DNA of 61,744 nt from Gemmatimonadota bacterium (GCA_039589315.1 JBDHHQ010000041.1:1-61744), one strand, 5' to 3'; shown: positions 30,955 to 41,008, counted from the stretch's first letter. Numbers and translations are program-made. Notes: a model not told the origin generated them from the letters alone.

Positions 30955-31273
30955 CCCCTGCGCCGCTTCGCCGCGCAACTCTGCATATCCCGGCCCACCG
31001 TGCCCAATACGTAGCTGCGATCGCCCTAGCGCCCGGATGATGATCCCCGCCGGCGGTGGTGGCGGGACCATTCCGGCCATGTCGACGAGCCACCACTTCC
31101 TGCGCGGCAATTCCCCTCAGAACTTCTGGGTTTTCCCCTACAGCATTCCTATATGATCCTCTGGTAGATTATTGGCCGGATTCGGAAGCCTCGTGTCTTT
31201 CGGCACTTCGGCCGGACGAAACGGTTCCCAGGCGGACACCGGATCCGATGAGTCGACGCCGACTCGGATCGAT

Positions 31274-32335
31274 ATGAGGACTCTTGCGGCGGGCCTGGCC
31301 TGCCTGGTCATAACACTCGCCGCCGTGCCGCCCCTGCACGGCCAGGACGCATCCGACGGACCGAGCGTCCAGTGGAGCCTGGTGAGCTCCGACCTCGCCG
31401 ACCTCTGGTTCGGAGGGCTCGCCCAGGTCGGCTTCATGGGCTTCGGCTCCGTCCCGCTGTACGACGCCGCCTACGCGAGCCGGATCCAGGCCCACAAGCT
31501 GACCCAGGGCGTGGTTCCCAGCCGCCTCGACCAGGAGGCTGACGGGCTTCGTATCATGTTCGAGGCGGACCCGGCCTTCGAGGTCCTCCACTTCGTCCCG
31601 GTCTACTTCGCGGGTGTGGGCAGGGCCGAGGCTCTGGACGCGCTGGAAGCCATCGCCGCGTCGCCGTCGGGGATCCCCGACGCCCCCAGCACCGGGAGCA
31701 CGTTCGGCACGACCGCGGTCGCCACTGTGCTCACTGGACGAGACCAGCGCGAGATCCTGGGCGCTTTCGTGGCGGCGCTGCGGGACGATTGGACTCAGTA
31801 TCTCTCAGCCGCCCGGGATGTGGATTCGGTCGCTCGGACTGAAGCGCTTGCGCGACTCCGCGCACGCTGGGACGAAGCCTACGCGCCCTACCTGGGCGAC
31901 TACCTGACGCAGCAGCACCTCGAGTTCGGCATCGCACTCGTATCGCCGGCTCTCGGTCGCGAGGGACGCTTTTTCCAGGGCGATCCCACCAACTCGGCGG
32001 ACAACATCGTGGCAGTCGGCGTGGCGGGCTGGGAGGCGTCACCCGACCGGGCTCTCTCGGGGGTCGTGCGGGAACTCTGCTTCCCCGTGGTCCGGCGGGC
32101 CTTCGCAGAGATCGAGGCCCAGTTCGATGATCGCCTCGAGGCCGCCCGAGCCAGCGATCGAGCCGCGACCCGTTGCGGCGAGATGCTCCTCGAGGCCCAC
32201 GCAGCGCATCTGTTACCGGCCTATCGGGAAGCCTTCCCCGGAGGGCCCGTCCCGTCTCGAGCCGAAACCGCTGACGGTCCCTCGATGGACCCCACCATCG
32301 AAGAGGCCCTGAAGAAGTCGTTCAGGAGCAACTGA
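31274..32335 (+). CDS. hypothetical secreted protein
   Basis: MRTLAAGLACLVITLAAVPPLHG-Q signal peptide; 353 aa; coding-like codon bias; no recognised motif. Confidence 0.72.
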   Translation: MRTLAAGLACLVITLAAVPPLHGQDASDGPSVQWSLVSSDLADLWFGGLAQVGFMGFGSVPLYDAAYASRIQAHKLTQGVVPSRLDQEADGLRIMFEADPAFEVLHFVPVYFAGVGRAEALDALEAIAASPSGIPDAPSTGSTFGTTAVATVLTGRDQREILGAFVAALRDDWTQYLSAARDVDSVARTEALARLRARWDEAYAPYLGDYLTQQHLEFGIALVSPALGREGRFFQGDPTNSADNIVAVGVAGWEASPDRALSGVVRELCFPVVRRAFAEIEAQFDDRLEAARASDRAATRCGEMLLEAHAAHLLPAYREAFPGGPVPSRAETADGPSMDPTIEEALKKSFRSN

Positions 32336-32372
32336 CCACCGGCCCGCTCGGGCGCTGTGACGGGAGGTTGCC

Positions 32373-33725
32373 GTGTCACATAGCAGTTTGAGTCGAGCCC
32401 TGAGCTCGCTTGCCCTCGTATTCGCCCTCGCGGGCCCCGCGTCCGCAACGGACGGACACTTCCTCCACGGGGTGGGTGCCATCAACTCCGCCATGGGCGG
32501 AGCCGGCGTTGCCGCGCCAGGTGATCTGATGGGGAGCATGTACCTGAACCCAGCTGGGCTGACCACCATCGAGGGAGTCCGCTTCACCCTGGGGTTCGAG
32601 ATGTTCAAGCCCGATCGTACGCTCTCCAGCACCGTGCCGAGGCCGGACGGGGGCAGCTTCAGCGGATCCACGCCGAGCGAGAGCGCCTTCACGCCGATCC
32701 CGAACTTCGGCCTCTCCGTGCAGGTCAGCGACCAGGTGACGCTCGGCCTCGCAGGCCTGGGCGTGGGCGGCTTCGGCGTCGACTATCCACAGAACAACCT
32801 GAACCCGATCCAGGCGCCGCGCCCCCAGGGCTTCGGTCAGATCTTCAGCTCCTTCCAGCTGATGAAGTTCGTGGTGCCGGTGGCGTGGAAGCCCAATGAG
32901 CAGATCTCCCTGGGCGCCGCGTTCAACATGGACTGGGCGCAGCTGGCCGTGGATCCGTTCCCGGTCGCGTCCCCGGCGATCTCCAACCCCACCGAGCCCG
33001 ATCCCTTCTACTCCAGGGCGACTGCGGCTGACGGCGCGTTCGGGTACGGCTTCCAGCTTGGACTGATCTGGCATGTCGTCTCGACGTTCAACGTGGGGTT
33101 GGCGTACACCAGCAAGCAGTCCTTCCAGGACTTCGAGTTCAACTCCAAGTGGGAGAATCCGAACATCTTGGGTCAGGCCGGCCAACAGCCCCCGGACCAG
33201 GCCTTCGGCACCGACCGGACCATGACGTTCAAGCTGGACGTGCCGGCGGTGTACGCCGGGGGTGTCACCTGGATGCCGGATCGGTGGATGCTCAGCGCGG
33301 ACGCCCGCTATATCACGTATTCCAGCACCGCTGGATTCGACGAGTCCGGCTTCGACCAGACCGGTGCCGTTCAGGGCTTCGGCTGGGATGACATCTGGGT
33401 GTTCGCGGGCGGCCTACAGTTCCAGGCCAACCGGCACTGGGCGCTCCGGGGCGGCTACAACTACACCGACAATCCGATCCCCGACGCGCAATCGTTCTTC
33501 AACGCACCGGCACCCGCCATCGTGCAGAACCACCTGACGCTCGGCATCGGCTGGCAGGCCCGCGGTCTGGCCATCGACGCGGGGTACTACAGGGCGTTCG
33601 GGAACGAGATCACCGGACCGGTTTGGGGACTCAGCGGACCGATCCCGAGTAGCAGCGTCACGGCCGAGCTGTCCGAGGACTCGTTCCTGTTGCAGTTCAG
33701 CTTCTCGCCTGGGAACGACGACTGA
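32373..33725 (+). CDS. OmpP1/FadL/TodX-family outer-membrane transporter
   Basis: TDGHFLHGVGAINSAMGGAGVA...MYLNPAGL, GGFGVDYP, GFGWDD, LRGGYNY, PAIVQNHLTLG. Confidence 0.9.
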   Translation: MSHSSLSRALSSLALVFALAGPASATDGHFLHGVGAINSAMGGAGVAAPGDLMGSMYLNPAGLTTIEGVRFTLGFEMFKPDRTLSSTVPRPDGGSFSGSTPSESAFTPIPNFGLSVQVSDQVTLGLAGLGVGGFGVDYPQNNLNPIQAPRPQGFGQIFSSFQLMKFVVPVAWKPNEQISLGAAFNMDWAQLAVDPFPVASPAISNPTEPDPFYSRATAADGAFGYGFQLGLIWHVVSTFNVGLAYTSKQSFQDFEFNSKWENPNILGQAGQQPPDQAFGTDRTMTFKLDVPAVYAGGVTWMPDRWMLSADARYITYSSTAGFDESGFDQTGAVQGFGWDDIWVFAGGLQFQANRHWALRGGYNYTDNPIPDAQSFFNAPAPAIVQNHLTLGIGWQARGLAIDAGYYRAFGNEITGPVWGLSGPIPSSSVTAELSEDSFLLQFSFSPGNDD

Positions 33726-33739
33726 ATGATCGATCGCCC

Positions 33740-33832
33740 ATGAAGACCTTCTACGACGTCCTCGCCATCGGCGCCCACCCCGACGACGTGGAGGTTTTCA
33801 TGGGCGGCACGGTCGCCAAGCTGGCCGACCAG
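33740..33832 (+). pseudogene. 5' remnant of a PIG-L/BshB1-type N-acetyl-sugar deacetylase
   Basis: MKTFYDVLAIGAHPDDVEVFMGGTVAKLADQ carries the AHPDD motif; similarity ends after about 31 codons and the frame then runs antisense into the next gene. Confidence 0.75.
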
Positions 33833-33887
33833 GATCTCTCCCAGTCGGCCAGGCACCGCCGAGAGCCTCGACGAGTCTCGCCCTCGG

Positions 33888-36233
33888 TCAATCGGCGACG
33901 TGCCCCAGCTCTTCGAGGGCCGCCTCGGCCTCTGCCCTCAGGGGCTCCAGCTCGGGGTCGCAGTCGGACCACGCTCTCGCGAACAACTCGTAGAAATACA
34001 GAGCCTCCTGGCGCTCACCCATGGCGGCGTAGGCGTGTCCCAGGTAGAGCCAGGACTGCACGGGCACGCCCGCGTTGAAGTGGTTGAAGGTCGCGAAGTA
34101 GCCCGCGGCCTCCTGCGGCCGGTCCAAGGCCAGCAGGGCTTTGCCGAGCTCGAAGCGCAGCACCTGGTGCGTCCAACCTCCGACCCCCACCTCGACCATG
34201 CGGCCCAGCGCGTCGGCGACGGCCGCGGCACCCGAGTCGACGTCGCCTCGCCGGATCGCTACGTACCCGGCTGCGGCATCGCCGAACGCGAGGGAGAGGA
34301 CCCGCTGCCTCTCGTCCTCTTCCTCGGCGGCTTCCTGGGCCGCCGCACGACCGCGGGTCAGCCAACGCTCGGCCTCGTCGAAGTCACCGCGGTTGGCCGC
34401 GAGGATCGTCAGCCAGGTGTGGTCCCCGGCGGATGGATCCTCCGAGAGCACCGCCTCCGACGCCGCGAGGCGCTCCGGATCAGCGTACGTCAACGCCGCG
34501 ATGTAGGCTTCACCGCGGGCCGCCCACTTCGCCGACTGGTCGTCCAGGTCCCAGATGCGTCGCGCGTCACGGATCCGACCGGCCTTCCAGGCGGTGATCC
34601 CGGCCAAGCCCGCGTTCTGCGGTACGCCTCGCTCCCAGAGAGATTCGAAAGAACGGGTGAGGTCGGCGAGGAAGCGGGGCGTCGCCGGGAGCCCGCTGAG
34701 ACTGCAGGCGGGACGGGCCGTGCCTTCCCGCTCCAGGATCTCCAGCGCTTCGGCGCGGGCAGCCTCGCCACCCCAGAGCATGGCGTACGCCCATTCAAAG
34801 TCGCCACAGACCGGTGTGTCCGCGTCGATCCGGGCGAAGTCATCGATCAGAGCCCGGGTTCCCACGCTGTCCCAGCGCGAGAAGGAGTCCTCGATGAGGT
34901 GGACGTAGGCTGGCCCGAAGTAGGGATCCAGCTCGATGGCGCGGCGCAGTGCGCTCCGGAATCGATCTGCCGAGAGGAGTGCGCCCCCACCCATGTGGAC
35001 GTAGGCGTCGCCCAGAATCGCCCAACCCTCGACGTCGTCCGGATACTTGTGCGTCAGCTCCTCCAACGCCTTCAGCGCCTGCGGGTCGCCGCTGTTGAAC
35101 ATGGCGTAGCCCTGGACCAGGAGCCTCTCCCGCTCCTGCAAGCGATCCGACAACTCGAGAGCCTTACCCACGGATTCCTCCACCAGGTCCTCCCGCTCGC
35201 CGGGCCAGCTGTACGTCAGACCACGCCGATACCAGGCCATGGCGAAGGCGGAGTCCGCGGCGATGGCCTCGTTGAACGCGTCGGCGGCCTCGGGCCACCG
35301 CGAGCGACGATAGAGCTGCTCTCCCCGTAGGTAAGCCCTCAGTGCGTCGAGTGAGGTGGTGGTCGTACGGGAGATGTCGAACTGCGGCAGGTCACCCTCG
35401 ATGGGCACGAGCCCTGCCCGAAGGATCTCCAGGCTGAGGCGGTCCACGATTCCCAGCACGTCTTGGGGAGAGCCGTCTACGTGGGCGGTGCCGAGCACCT
35501 GGTCCGTACGCGTGTCGTAGACCTCTACGCTCGCCCGGACTTGATCGCCCGAACCCACCAGCGTCCCCGTCAGCGCATACCAGGCACCCAGATCCCGCGC
35601 CACGTCGTAGGCGGCCTCGGAGCTGGGCGCGTCCTGGCCTTCGCCGATGGACCGGCGCCAGCGGGAGATGATCGCGGTCGGGTCGGTCTTCCGGACCCCC
35701 GCCACGCCCTCGAGGTTCGTCGAGAGCAGATCGACCATTCCCTCGCGCCAAAGACCCAGATCACCTTCGGCCCCCGTCACCCTGAAGGGCAGCACGGCGA
35801 AGCCGGGGAGTGGCGACGCCTCTGCCTCTGCCACGAGGGGCAGGCTCGGTGCCTCGCCAGTGACCAACACATAGGCGCCGGCAGCACCGAACAGCAGCGA
35901 AAACGCCATCACGCCGCCGAGGATCGCCCGCCCCCACGTAAGGTGCGGAAGCCTGGCCTGAGAGATCGACTTCCCCAGGTCCTTCAGGTCGATCTCCCAA
36001 GAGTCGGGCGCGTCCTCGCTGGCCGCCAAGTGGGCGAGCCCTGCCTGGACGAGCGCCGTACCCATGACCACCACCAGGCCGACCAGCAGTAGCACCAGAG
36101 CGAATGGCATCACCCAATCTGGTAGGCCGAACCCGTCCTGGATCACCTCGGTGACCTGGAGCACGACCCAGGCGGCACCGAGATAGACGACGAGCACCCG
36201 AAACAGGCGCGCGTTTCGGATTCCATCCCACAT
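33888..36233 (-). CDS. membrane-anchored TolB-N-like/TPR protein, third and more distant family member
   Basis: RLFRVLVVYLGAAWVVLQV...GLPDWVMPFALVLLLVGL, LTWGRAILGG, FAVLPF, TTTSLDALRAYLRGE, AWSDCDPELEP; 781 aa. Confidence 0.83.
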   Translation of the reverse strand: MWDGIRNARLFRVLVVYLGAAWVVLQVTEVIQDGFGLPDWVMPFALVLLLVGLVVVMGTALVQAGLAHLAASEDAPDSWEIDLKDLGKSISQARLPHLTWGRAILGGVMAFSLLFGAAGAYVLVTGEAPSLPLVAEAEASPLPGFAVLPFRVTGAEGDLGLWREGMVDLLSTNLEGVAGVRKTDPTAIISRWRRSIGEGQDAPSSEAAYDVARDLGAWYALTGTLVGSGDQVRASVEVYDTRTDQVLGTAHVDGSPQDVLGIVDRLSLEILRAGLVPIEGDLPQFDISRTTTTSLDALRAYLRGEQLYRRSRWPEAADAFNEAIAADSAFAMAWYRRGLTYSWPGEREDLVEESVGKALELSDRLQERERLLVQGYAMFNSGDPQALKALEELTHKYPDDVEGWAILGDAYVHMGGGALLSADRFRSALRRAIELDPYFGPAYVHLIEDSFSRWDSVGTRALIDDFARIDADTPVCGDFEWAYAMLWGGEAARAEALEILEREGTARPACSLSGLPATPRFLADLTRSFESLWERGVPQNAGLAGITAWKAGRIRDARRIWDLDDQSAKWAARGEAYIAALTYADPERLAASEAVLSEDPSAGDHTWLTILAANRGDFDEAERWLTRGRAAAQEAAEEEDERQRVLSLAFGDAAAGYVAIRRGDVDSGAAAVADALGRMVEVGVGGWTHQVLRFELGKALLALDRPQEAAGYFATFNHFNAGVPVQSWLYLGHAYAAMGERQEALYFYELFARAWSDCDPELEPLRAEAEAALEELGHVAD

Positions 36234-36348
36234 ATGGGTACCTCTTGACGGGGGGAACGCGGTGGAAGGCCTCGACGAGGACCGGCGCGACCCAAAGTAG
36301 GCCAGACGACGCCCAGCCTGCAACGATTCTGGGGCGCTCGCGGTCTCC

Positions 36349-37290
36349 TTACGCCTCACCCAGGGCGCCCACCATATACCCGTAGTCGCCCGGGTTCACG
36401 AGATTCCGGCTCAGGTGGGACAGGATCATGATCCCCCGGCCAACCGGACTGCGGATCACCTCGAGCTCCTCGAAGCTGTAGGGGCTGATCACCCTGCCCA
36501 GGACACGGCCTCCCGCGATGTGCTCGCCCAGGGGCGGGGCCTCGGTCTCGAGCCATCCACCTTGGGTCGGTCGGATCGTCTCGATGCCACGCACGACGGT
36601 CTGTACGGGCGGTGGGTCTGGATCTCCGTCCAGCGTACCCGTGGTCCTCAGGATGTTGAGCACGCCGGCCACACCCCGCTCCACATAGGGTGTCTGATCC
36701 ACGATGCCGCCCCCCAACTCCACCACCACCGACGGGATTCCGTGACGATCAATGGTGACGTCCTTGGTCGTGCCCGTGAAGGTGGTCCCGGCAACGCCCA
36801 CCTCGGGGCGGTACAGGACCCGTGAGCCGAAGGCACGGGAGAGCGACTCCGCGTTCAAGATGTACACGTAGTCCACGGTCGGCCGGTCGGTACCGGCGTG
36901 GAGGTCGATGTGGACGTCGATCTCGTCGAGGAACTCTCGGGTGATGGCTGCGGCCAGCTGATCGGTGTGCCACCCGCTGGCGTCACCCGGGAACTGGCGG
37001 TTCAGGTTGAGCTCGTCCACCGGGGTGAACCTGTGGTTGACGGCCATGGCCCGCGGGTTGGCCACCGGCAGGAGCAGCACCCGGCCCCTGAGCGGCGTGC
37101 TGCTCAGCACTGGCCACAGGGCCCGCACGATCTGTGCGCTCGTGTTCTCGTTGCCGTGGATCGCCGCAGACACGCCCACGGTGGGGCCGTCACCGGCGTG
37201 GCCGGTGAGCTCGTGGATGTGCAGCACGGCATCGGTGCCGTCGGCCATCGTGGTGAACTTGTGGATCCGCAACCGATGGTCGCTGGCCAT
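36349..37290 (-). CDS. succinylglutamate desuccinylase/aspartoacylase (M14-like) family hydrolase
   Basis: AAIHGNE, PVANP, NLNRQFPG, IDLHAG, VVELGGG; 313 aa. Confidence 0.9.
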   Translation of the reverse strand: MASDHRLRIHKFTTMADGTDAVLHIHELTGHAGDGPTVGVSAAIHGNENTSAQIVRALWPVLSSTPLRGRVLLLPVANPRAMAVNHRFTPVDELNLNRQFPGDASGWHTDQLAAAITREFLDEIDVHIDLHAGTDRPTVDYVYILNAESLSRAFGSRVLYRPEVGVAGTTFTGTTKDVTIDRHGIPSVVVELGGGIVDQTPYVERGVAGVLNILRTTGTLDGDPDPPPVQTVVRGIETIRPTQGGWLETEAPPLGEHIAGGRVLGRVISPYSFEELEVIRSPVGRGIMILSHLSRNLVNPGDYGYMVGALGEA

Positions 37291-37376
37291 GTGGGTTTTC
37301 CTTGTAGCGCCGAGGGGCGTGCCTGGTCCCCCGTCTGTCCGTGTGGCAGTCCGAGCGACTCCTGGCCCTCCGGCTC

Positions 37377-37510
37377 CTAGTGTGGTGCTGCAAGAGTCGT
37401 GATGCTATTCGAGAGCCACTGCATCCCGCCCGGCGGCGTTGCGGTTCCTCCCAATAGCGCTGCTATTACTCGTCTCCGCGCCTTGCCGGTTCGGGCGCAT
37501 CGGCCCTCCG
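37377..37510 (+). repeat. CTAG-initiated structured repeat (MITE/REP-like), copy 1; overlaps the permease 3' end
   Basis: First 35 nt CTAGTGTGGTGCTGCAAGAGTCGTGATGCTATTCG match 41701-41735 at 33/35; internal dyad AATAGC-GCT-GCTATT within a longer imperfect stem; right boundary approximate. Confidence 0.65.
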
Positions 37511-38485
37511 GCGGACCCGGCGGGACTGCCCTCTCGGGTCGAGCCGGTCGCGAAGTCCGTCGCCGAATACGTTGAAGCCGAGCACGGTGATCATGATGGC
37601 CAGGCCCGCCGCAGTCGAGAGCCAAGGATCGGACCGAAGGCTGCGCGCCCCGTAGGCGAGCGTCCACCCCCAGCTCGGCGTGGGCGGCTCGACACCGAAG
37701 CCCAGGAAGCTCAGCCCCGACTCGGCGATGATGGCGGTCCCCATGCCCAGCGTAGCCAGCACGATTACCGGCCCGATCACGTTGGGCAAGATCTGCCGGA
37801 CCATGATGCGCAGATCGGACGCGCCGATGGCCCGGGCCGCGGTTACGTAGTCGAGCTCTCGCTCCGCCAGGGTCAACGACCGGACCACCCGGGCATACTC
37901 CGTCCAGAACACCGCAGCCAGCGAGGCCACCAGGTTGGTCACACCGGGGCCCAGCGCTGCGACGATGGCCAGTGCCAGGACGATGGGCGGAAAGCCGAGG
38001 AACACGTCCACGATCCGCATGACGACCAGGTCCACCCAGCCACCGAAGTAGCCCGTGGCCAATCCGACGAGCGTTCCGACCACGACCGCGATACCCACGG
38101 ACGCCACCGCGATGGTCACGGAGACCCGGGCGCCCAGCGCCATGCGAACCCAGAGGTCGCGGCCGAAGTTGTCGGTGCCCAGCCAGTGCAGCGCGCTGGG
38201 GAGGCCGTACCGGTTGGCCATGTCGGTGGCCTCGGGGTCGTGCCCGGAGAGGGCCGGGCCGAGAGCGGCGAAGGCTGCGATGGCAACGATGAGCGCTCCG
38301 CCGAGGTACAGAGTGGGGTTGGAACGCACCCGCCCGGCCAGCGTACGGAATCGGAGCGCCGACCCGTTGGCCGAAGACCCGGGATCCGTCTCCGTATGGC
38401 CCACACCGGTCCGCCCACCCTGAACGCCCCTCCCGGTTTCCAGCGTCGGGCCGTCCATGCCGGTGCCGTCGCCCGGTCCGCTCAT
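37466..38485 (-). CDS. peptide/nickel ABC transporter permease (DppC/OppC-like)
   Basis: HWLGTDNFGRDL, YVTAARAIGAS, ESGLSFLGFG, FNVFGDGLRDRLDPR; ATGA overlap with the upstream permease. Confidence 0.92.
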   Translation of the reverse strand: MSGPGDGTGMDGPTLETGRGVQGGRTGVGHTETDPGSSANGSALRFRTLAGRVRSNPTLYLGGALIVAIAAFAALGPALSGHDPEATDMANRYGLPSALHWLGTDNFGRDLWVRMALGARVSVTIAVASVGIAVVVGTLVGLATGYFGGWVDLVVMRIVDVFLGFPPIVLALAIVAALGPGVTNLVASLAAVFWTEYARVVRSLTLAERELDYVTAARAIGASDLRIMVRQILPNVIGPVIVLATLGMGTAIIAESGLSFLGFGVEPPTPSWGWTLAYGARSLRSDPWLSTAAGLAIMITVLGFNVFGDGLRDRLDPRGQSRRVRRRADAPEPARRGDE

Positions 38486-39462
38486 TCGAGACGGATCCGC
38501 GGGTCGATGACGCCGTAGAGCAGGTCGACCAGGAGGTTCACGAGCGCGAACATCAGGGCGAAGGTCAGGACGATACCCTGGATCAGTGGCAGGTCGCGCT
38601 GGGAGACGGCGGCCACCGCCAGTTGCCCTAGTCCCGGCCACCCGAAGATGCCCTCGGTCAGCACCGCTCCGCCCAGCAGGGCGCCGAAGCGGAGGCCCAC
38701 CACGCTCACGATGGGCAGGAGGGCGTTCCGGAGGGCGTGGACCCACACCACCCGGCGTCTGGTCAAGCCCTTCGCGTAGGCGGTGCGAATGTAGTCCTGG
38801 TCCAGCGTCTCCAGCATGGCGATGCGGACCAGACGACTGACCACGGCGGCACCGCTCAGCCCGAGGGTGAGGGCCGGCATGGCGAGGTGGGCGAGGCTGT
38901 CCAGAAGCGGGCCCGGCTGGCCGACCGAGAGCCGACCCAGCGCCGCGAGTAGCGGCATTCCCCGGCCGATGGCCGGCAGCCAGCCGAGCTGCACCGCGAA
39001 GAGCAGCATCAGGAGGATGCCCAGCCAGAATACCGGCATGGACACCCCCAGTTGGGCGAAGAGCATGACGGCCCGATCGAGCGCCGTGCCTCGCCGGAGC
39101 GCTGCGCCGACGCCGAAGACGACACCTACGACCACGGCGACGAAGAGGGCCGCCGCCGCCAACTCCAACGTCGCCCCCAGTCGGGCACCGATGACCTCCG
39201 CGACGGGCTGGCCCTGGAAGATGGACGTACCCAGGTCTCCCTGGATGAGCCCGGCGAAGTAGGCCCCCAGGCGCAGGTACCAGGGATCGTCGAGATGGAG
39301 CAACCCCCGCAGCTCCGCCACGGCCTCGGCGCTGGCGTCCTGCCCCAGCAGAACCAGTGCCGGATCACCCGGCAGAAGCAGCGTCAAGCCGAACGTGACG
39401 AGGACGATCCCCACTGTGAGGGGGACGAACAGCACCACGCGGCGGAGGCCGTAGGCGAACAC
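38482..39462 (-). CDS. peptide/nickel ABC transporter permease (DppB/OppB-like)
   Basis: LPGDPA, GDLGTS, DYIRTAYAKGL, HALRNALLP, TEGIFGWPGLG, DLLYGVIDPRIR. Confidence 0.94.
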   Translation of the reverse strand: MFAYGLRRVVLFVPLTVGIVLVTFGLTLLLPGDPALVLLGQDASAEAVAELRGLLHLDDPWYLRLGAYFAGLIQGDLGTSIFQGQPVAEVIGARLGATLELAAAALFVAVVVGVVFGVGAALRRGTALDRAVMLFAQLGVSMPVFWLGILLMLLFAVQLGWLPAIGRGMPLLAALGRLSVGQPGPLLDSLAHLAMPALTLGLSGAAVVSRLVRIAMLETLDQDYIRTAYAKGLTRRRVVWVHALRNALLPIVSVVGLRFGALLGGAVLTEGIFGWPGLGQLAVAAVSQRDLPLIQGIVLTFALMFALVNLLVDLLYGVIDPRIRLE

Positions 39463-39472
39463 GGTCAGGATC

Positions 39473-41008
39473 TCACAGGCCGAGGGCGCTCCGCATCATG
39501 CCGCGTACATCGGCCTCCAGGGTGATCTCCGGCCGGTGGAACAGCTGGTAGTCCTGATACGAGATCACCAGGAACGGCAGCTCATGCGCCAGTATCCCGG
39601 CGGCCGCCCGGTACGCGCCCCTCCGTGCCCGCTGGTCGGTGCTGGACCGACCGAGTGCCAGGAGAGAGTCCACCGCCGCGTTGGAGTATCCCCCGTAGTT
39701 GAGGGCACCGCCGGTCGTGAACTGCCCGTACATGAGACGGTCGGGGTCCACGACCTGGGTCCAGCCGAGGAGCGCGATCTCATGGCGACCCGCCTGGACC
39801 GCGGCGAAGAAGGCAGGCCAGTCGCTGATGGCCACGCGGGCGCCGACGCCGTGCTCGCGGAAGCCCGCTTGCATGTACTCCGCCGCCTGGATCCGGTTGG
39901 GGTCTTCGCTGTGGGTGGAAAGCTCGACGGTCAATGGCTCCCCGTCGCGGTCCAGCACGCCGTCCCCGTCCGTGTCCGACCAACCGAGCTCGGACAGCAG
40001 CAGCCGCGCGCCATCGGGATCGAAGTCGGGCTGGCTGATCTCGGGAGAGTAGGCCCAGGAGGAGGGCAGCAGGATCGAGGACCCCACCCGGTCCACGCCC
40101 TCATAGATCTCGTTCACGATCGTCTCTCGATCGACGAGCATGGCCAGGCTGCGGCGCAGGGCGGGGTCGCTCAAGGTCGGCCCACGGGTGTTGATGTTCA
40201 GATAGGTGATGGCGAGACCCGGCACGATCGTGTGCCGAAAGCGGTCGTCGGCCTCGAGCCGACGGATGTCCTGCGGCGACAGCGGTGACTGGATGATGTC
40301 CAGGTCGCCCGCCTCGAAGGCCTGCGCCCGCGCCGTGTTGTCAGCCACGATCACGAACTCGAAGCGCTGGACGGTGGGTGCCCCCGCCCAGTGCTCCGCG
40401 AACGCCTCGAGCGTGATCCGGGAGCCCCGCTGCCAGGACGCCAGTCGCATGGGCCCCGTGCCGATGGGCCGAGTCGCTGTGTCGCCACCCGCCTCCACGT
40501 AGCCCCGGGACACGATGCCCGCATCCAGGTAGCTCAGCAGAGGCGCGTAGGGCTCCGAGAGCTCGAGCCGCACCGTTCGCCCGTCCACGGCCTCCACGTG
40601 GCGAATCGGGAGGAGTAACGGCCGAAACGGAGATCCAAGCCTAGGGTCCAGTATCGTTCGATAGGTGAAGACGACGTCCTCGGCCGTGAGAGCCGTTCCG
40701 TCGTGGAAGCGCACGTCATCGCGCAGGTGGAAGATCCAGGTCGTGGGATCAGGGTTCTCCCACGACTCTGCCAGGCCAGGACCGGGACTCAGGTCCGCGT
40801 CCAGGCGAACCAGTCCGTCGTAGAGCAGGTCGTTCACCCGGTATGCAGTCGTGTTCCGCATCAGCCGGGGGTCCAGGGTGCCCGCGTCGACGTCCGTACC
40901 CAGGCGGGTGGCGGAGACGAGTGGCGAGACCTCGCCCGAGCACGCCGTCAGGCTGATGGCGGTCGCCAGGGCGACCCGGGCATTCCTCAGGGTTCGTGGG
41001 CTCAACAA
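39473..41008 (-). CDS. ABC transporter substrate-binding lipoprotein, family 5 (DppA/OppA-like)
   Basis: Lipobox LTAC; LYDGLV, PGLAESWE, FHLRDDVRFHDGTALTAEDVVFT, PIGTGPM. Confidence 0.93.
   Translation of the reverse strand: MLSPRTLRNARVALATAISLTACSGEVSPLVSATRLGTDVDAGTLDPRLMRNTTAYRVNDLLYDGLVRLDADLSPGPGLAESWENPDPTTWIFHLRDDVRFHDGTALTAEDVVFTYRTILDPRLGSPFRPLLLPIRHVEAVDGRTVRLELSEPYAPLLSYLDAGIVSRGYVEAGGDTATRPIGTGPMRLASWQRGSRITLEAFAEHWAGAPTVQRFEFVIVADNTARAQAFEAGDLDIIQSPLSPQDIRRLEADDRFRHTIVPGLAITYLNINTRGPTLSDPALRRSLAMLVDRETIVNEIYEGVDRVGSSILLPSSWAYSPEISQPDFDPDGARLLLSELGWSDTDGDGVLDRDGEPLTVELSTHSEDPNRIQAAEYMQAGFREHGVGARVAISDWPAFFAAVQAGRHEIALLGWTQVVDPDRLMYGQFTTGGALNYGGYSNAAVDSLLALGRSSTDQRARRGAYRAAAGILAHELPFLVISYQDYQLFHRPEITLEADVRGMMRSALGL

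Noticed and set aside
31105..31170. TTCCCCT repeated at 22-nt spacing in an AT-rich stretch before the FadL operon
   Set aside because: Probably promoter DNA, but two short copies are too little to assign a regulator.
33833..34078. Remainder of the 112-aa ORF as a real protein
   Set aside because: Arg/Pro-rich and antisense to the TPR gene; only the first 31 codons look genuine.
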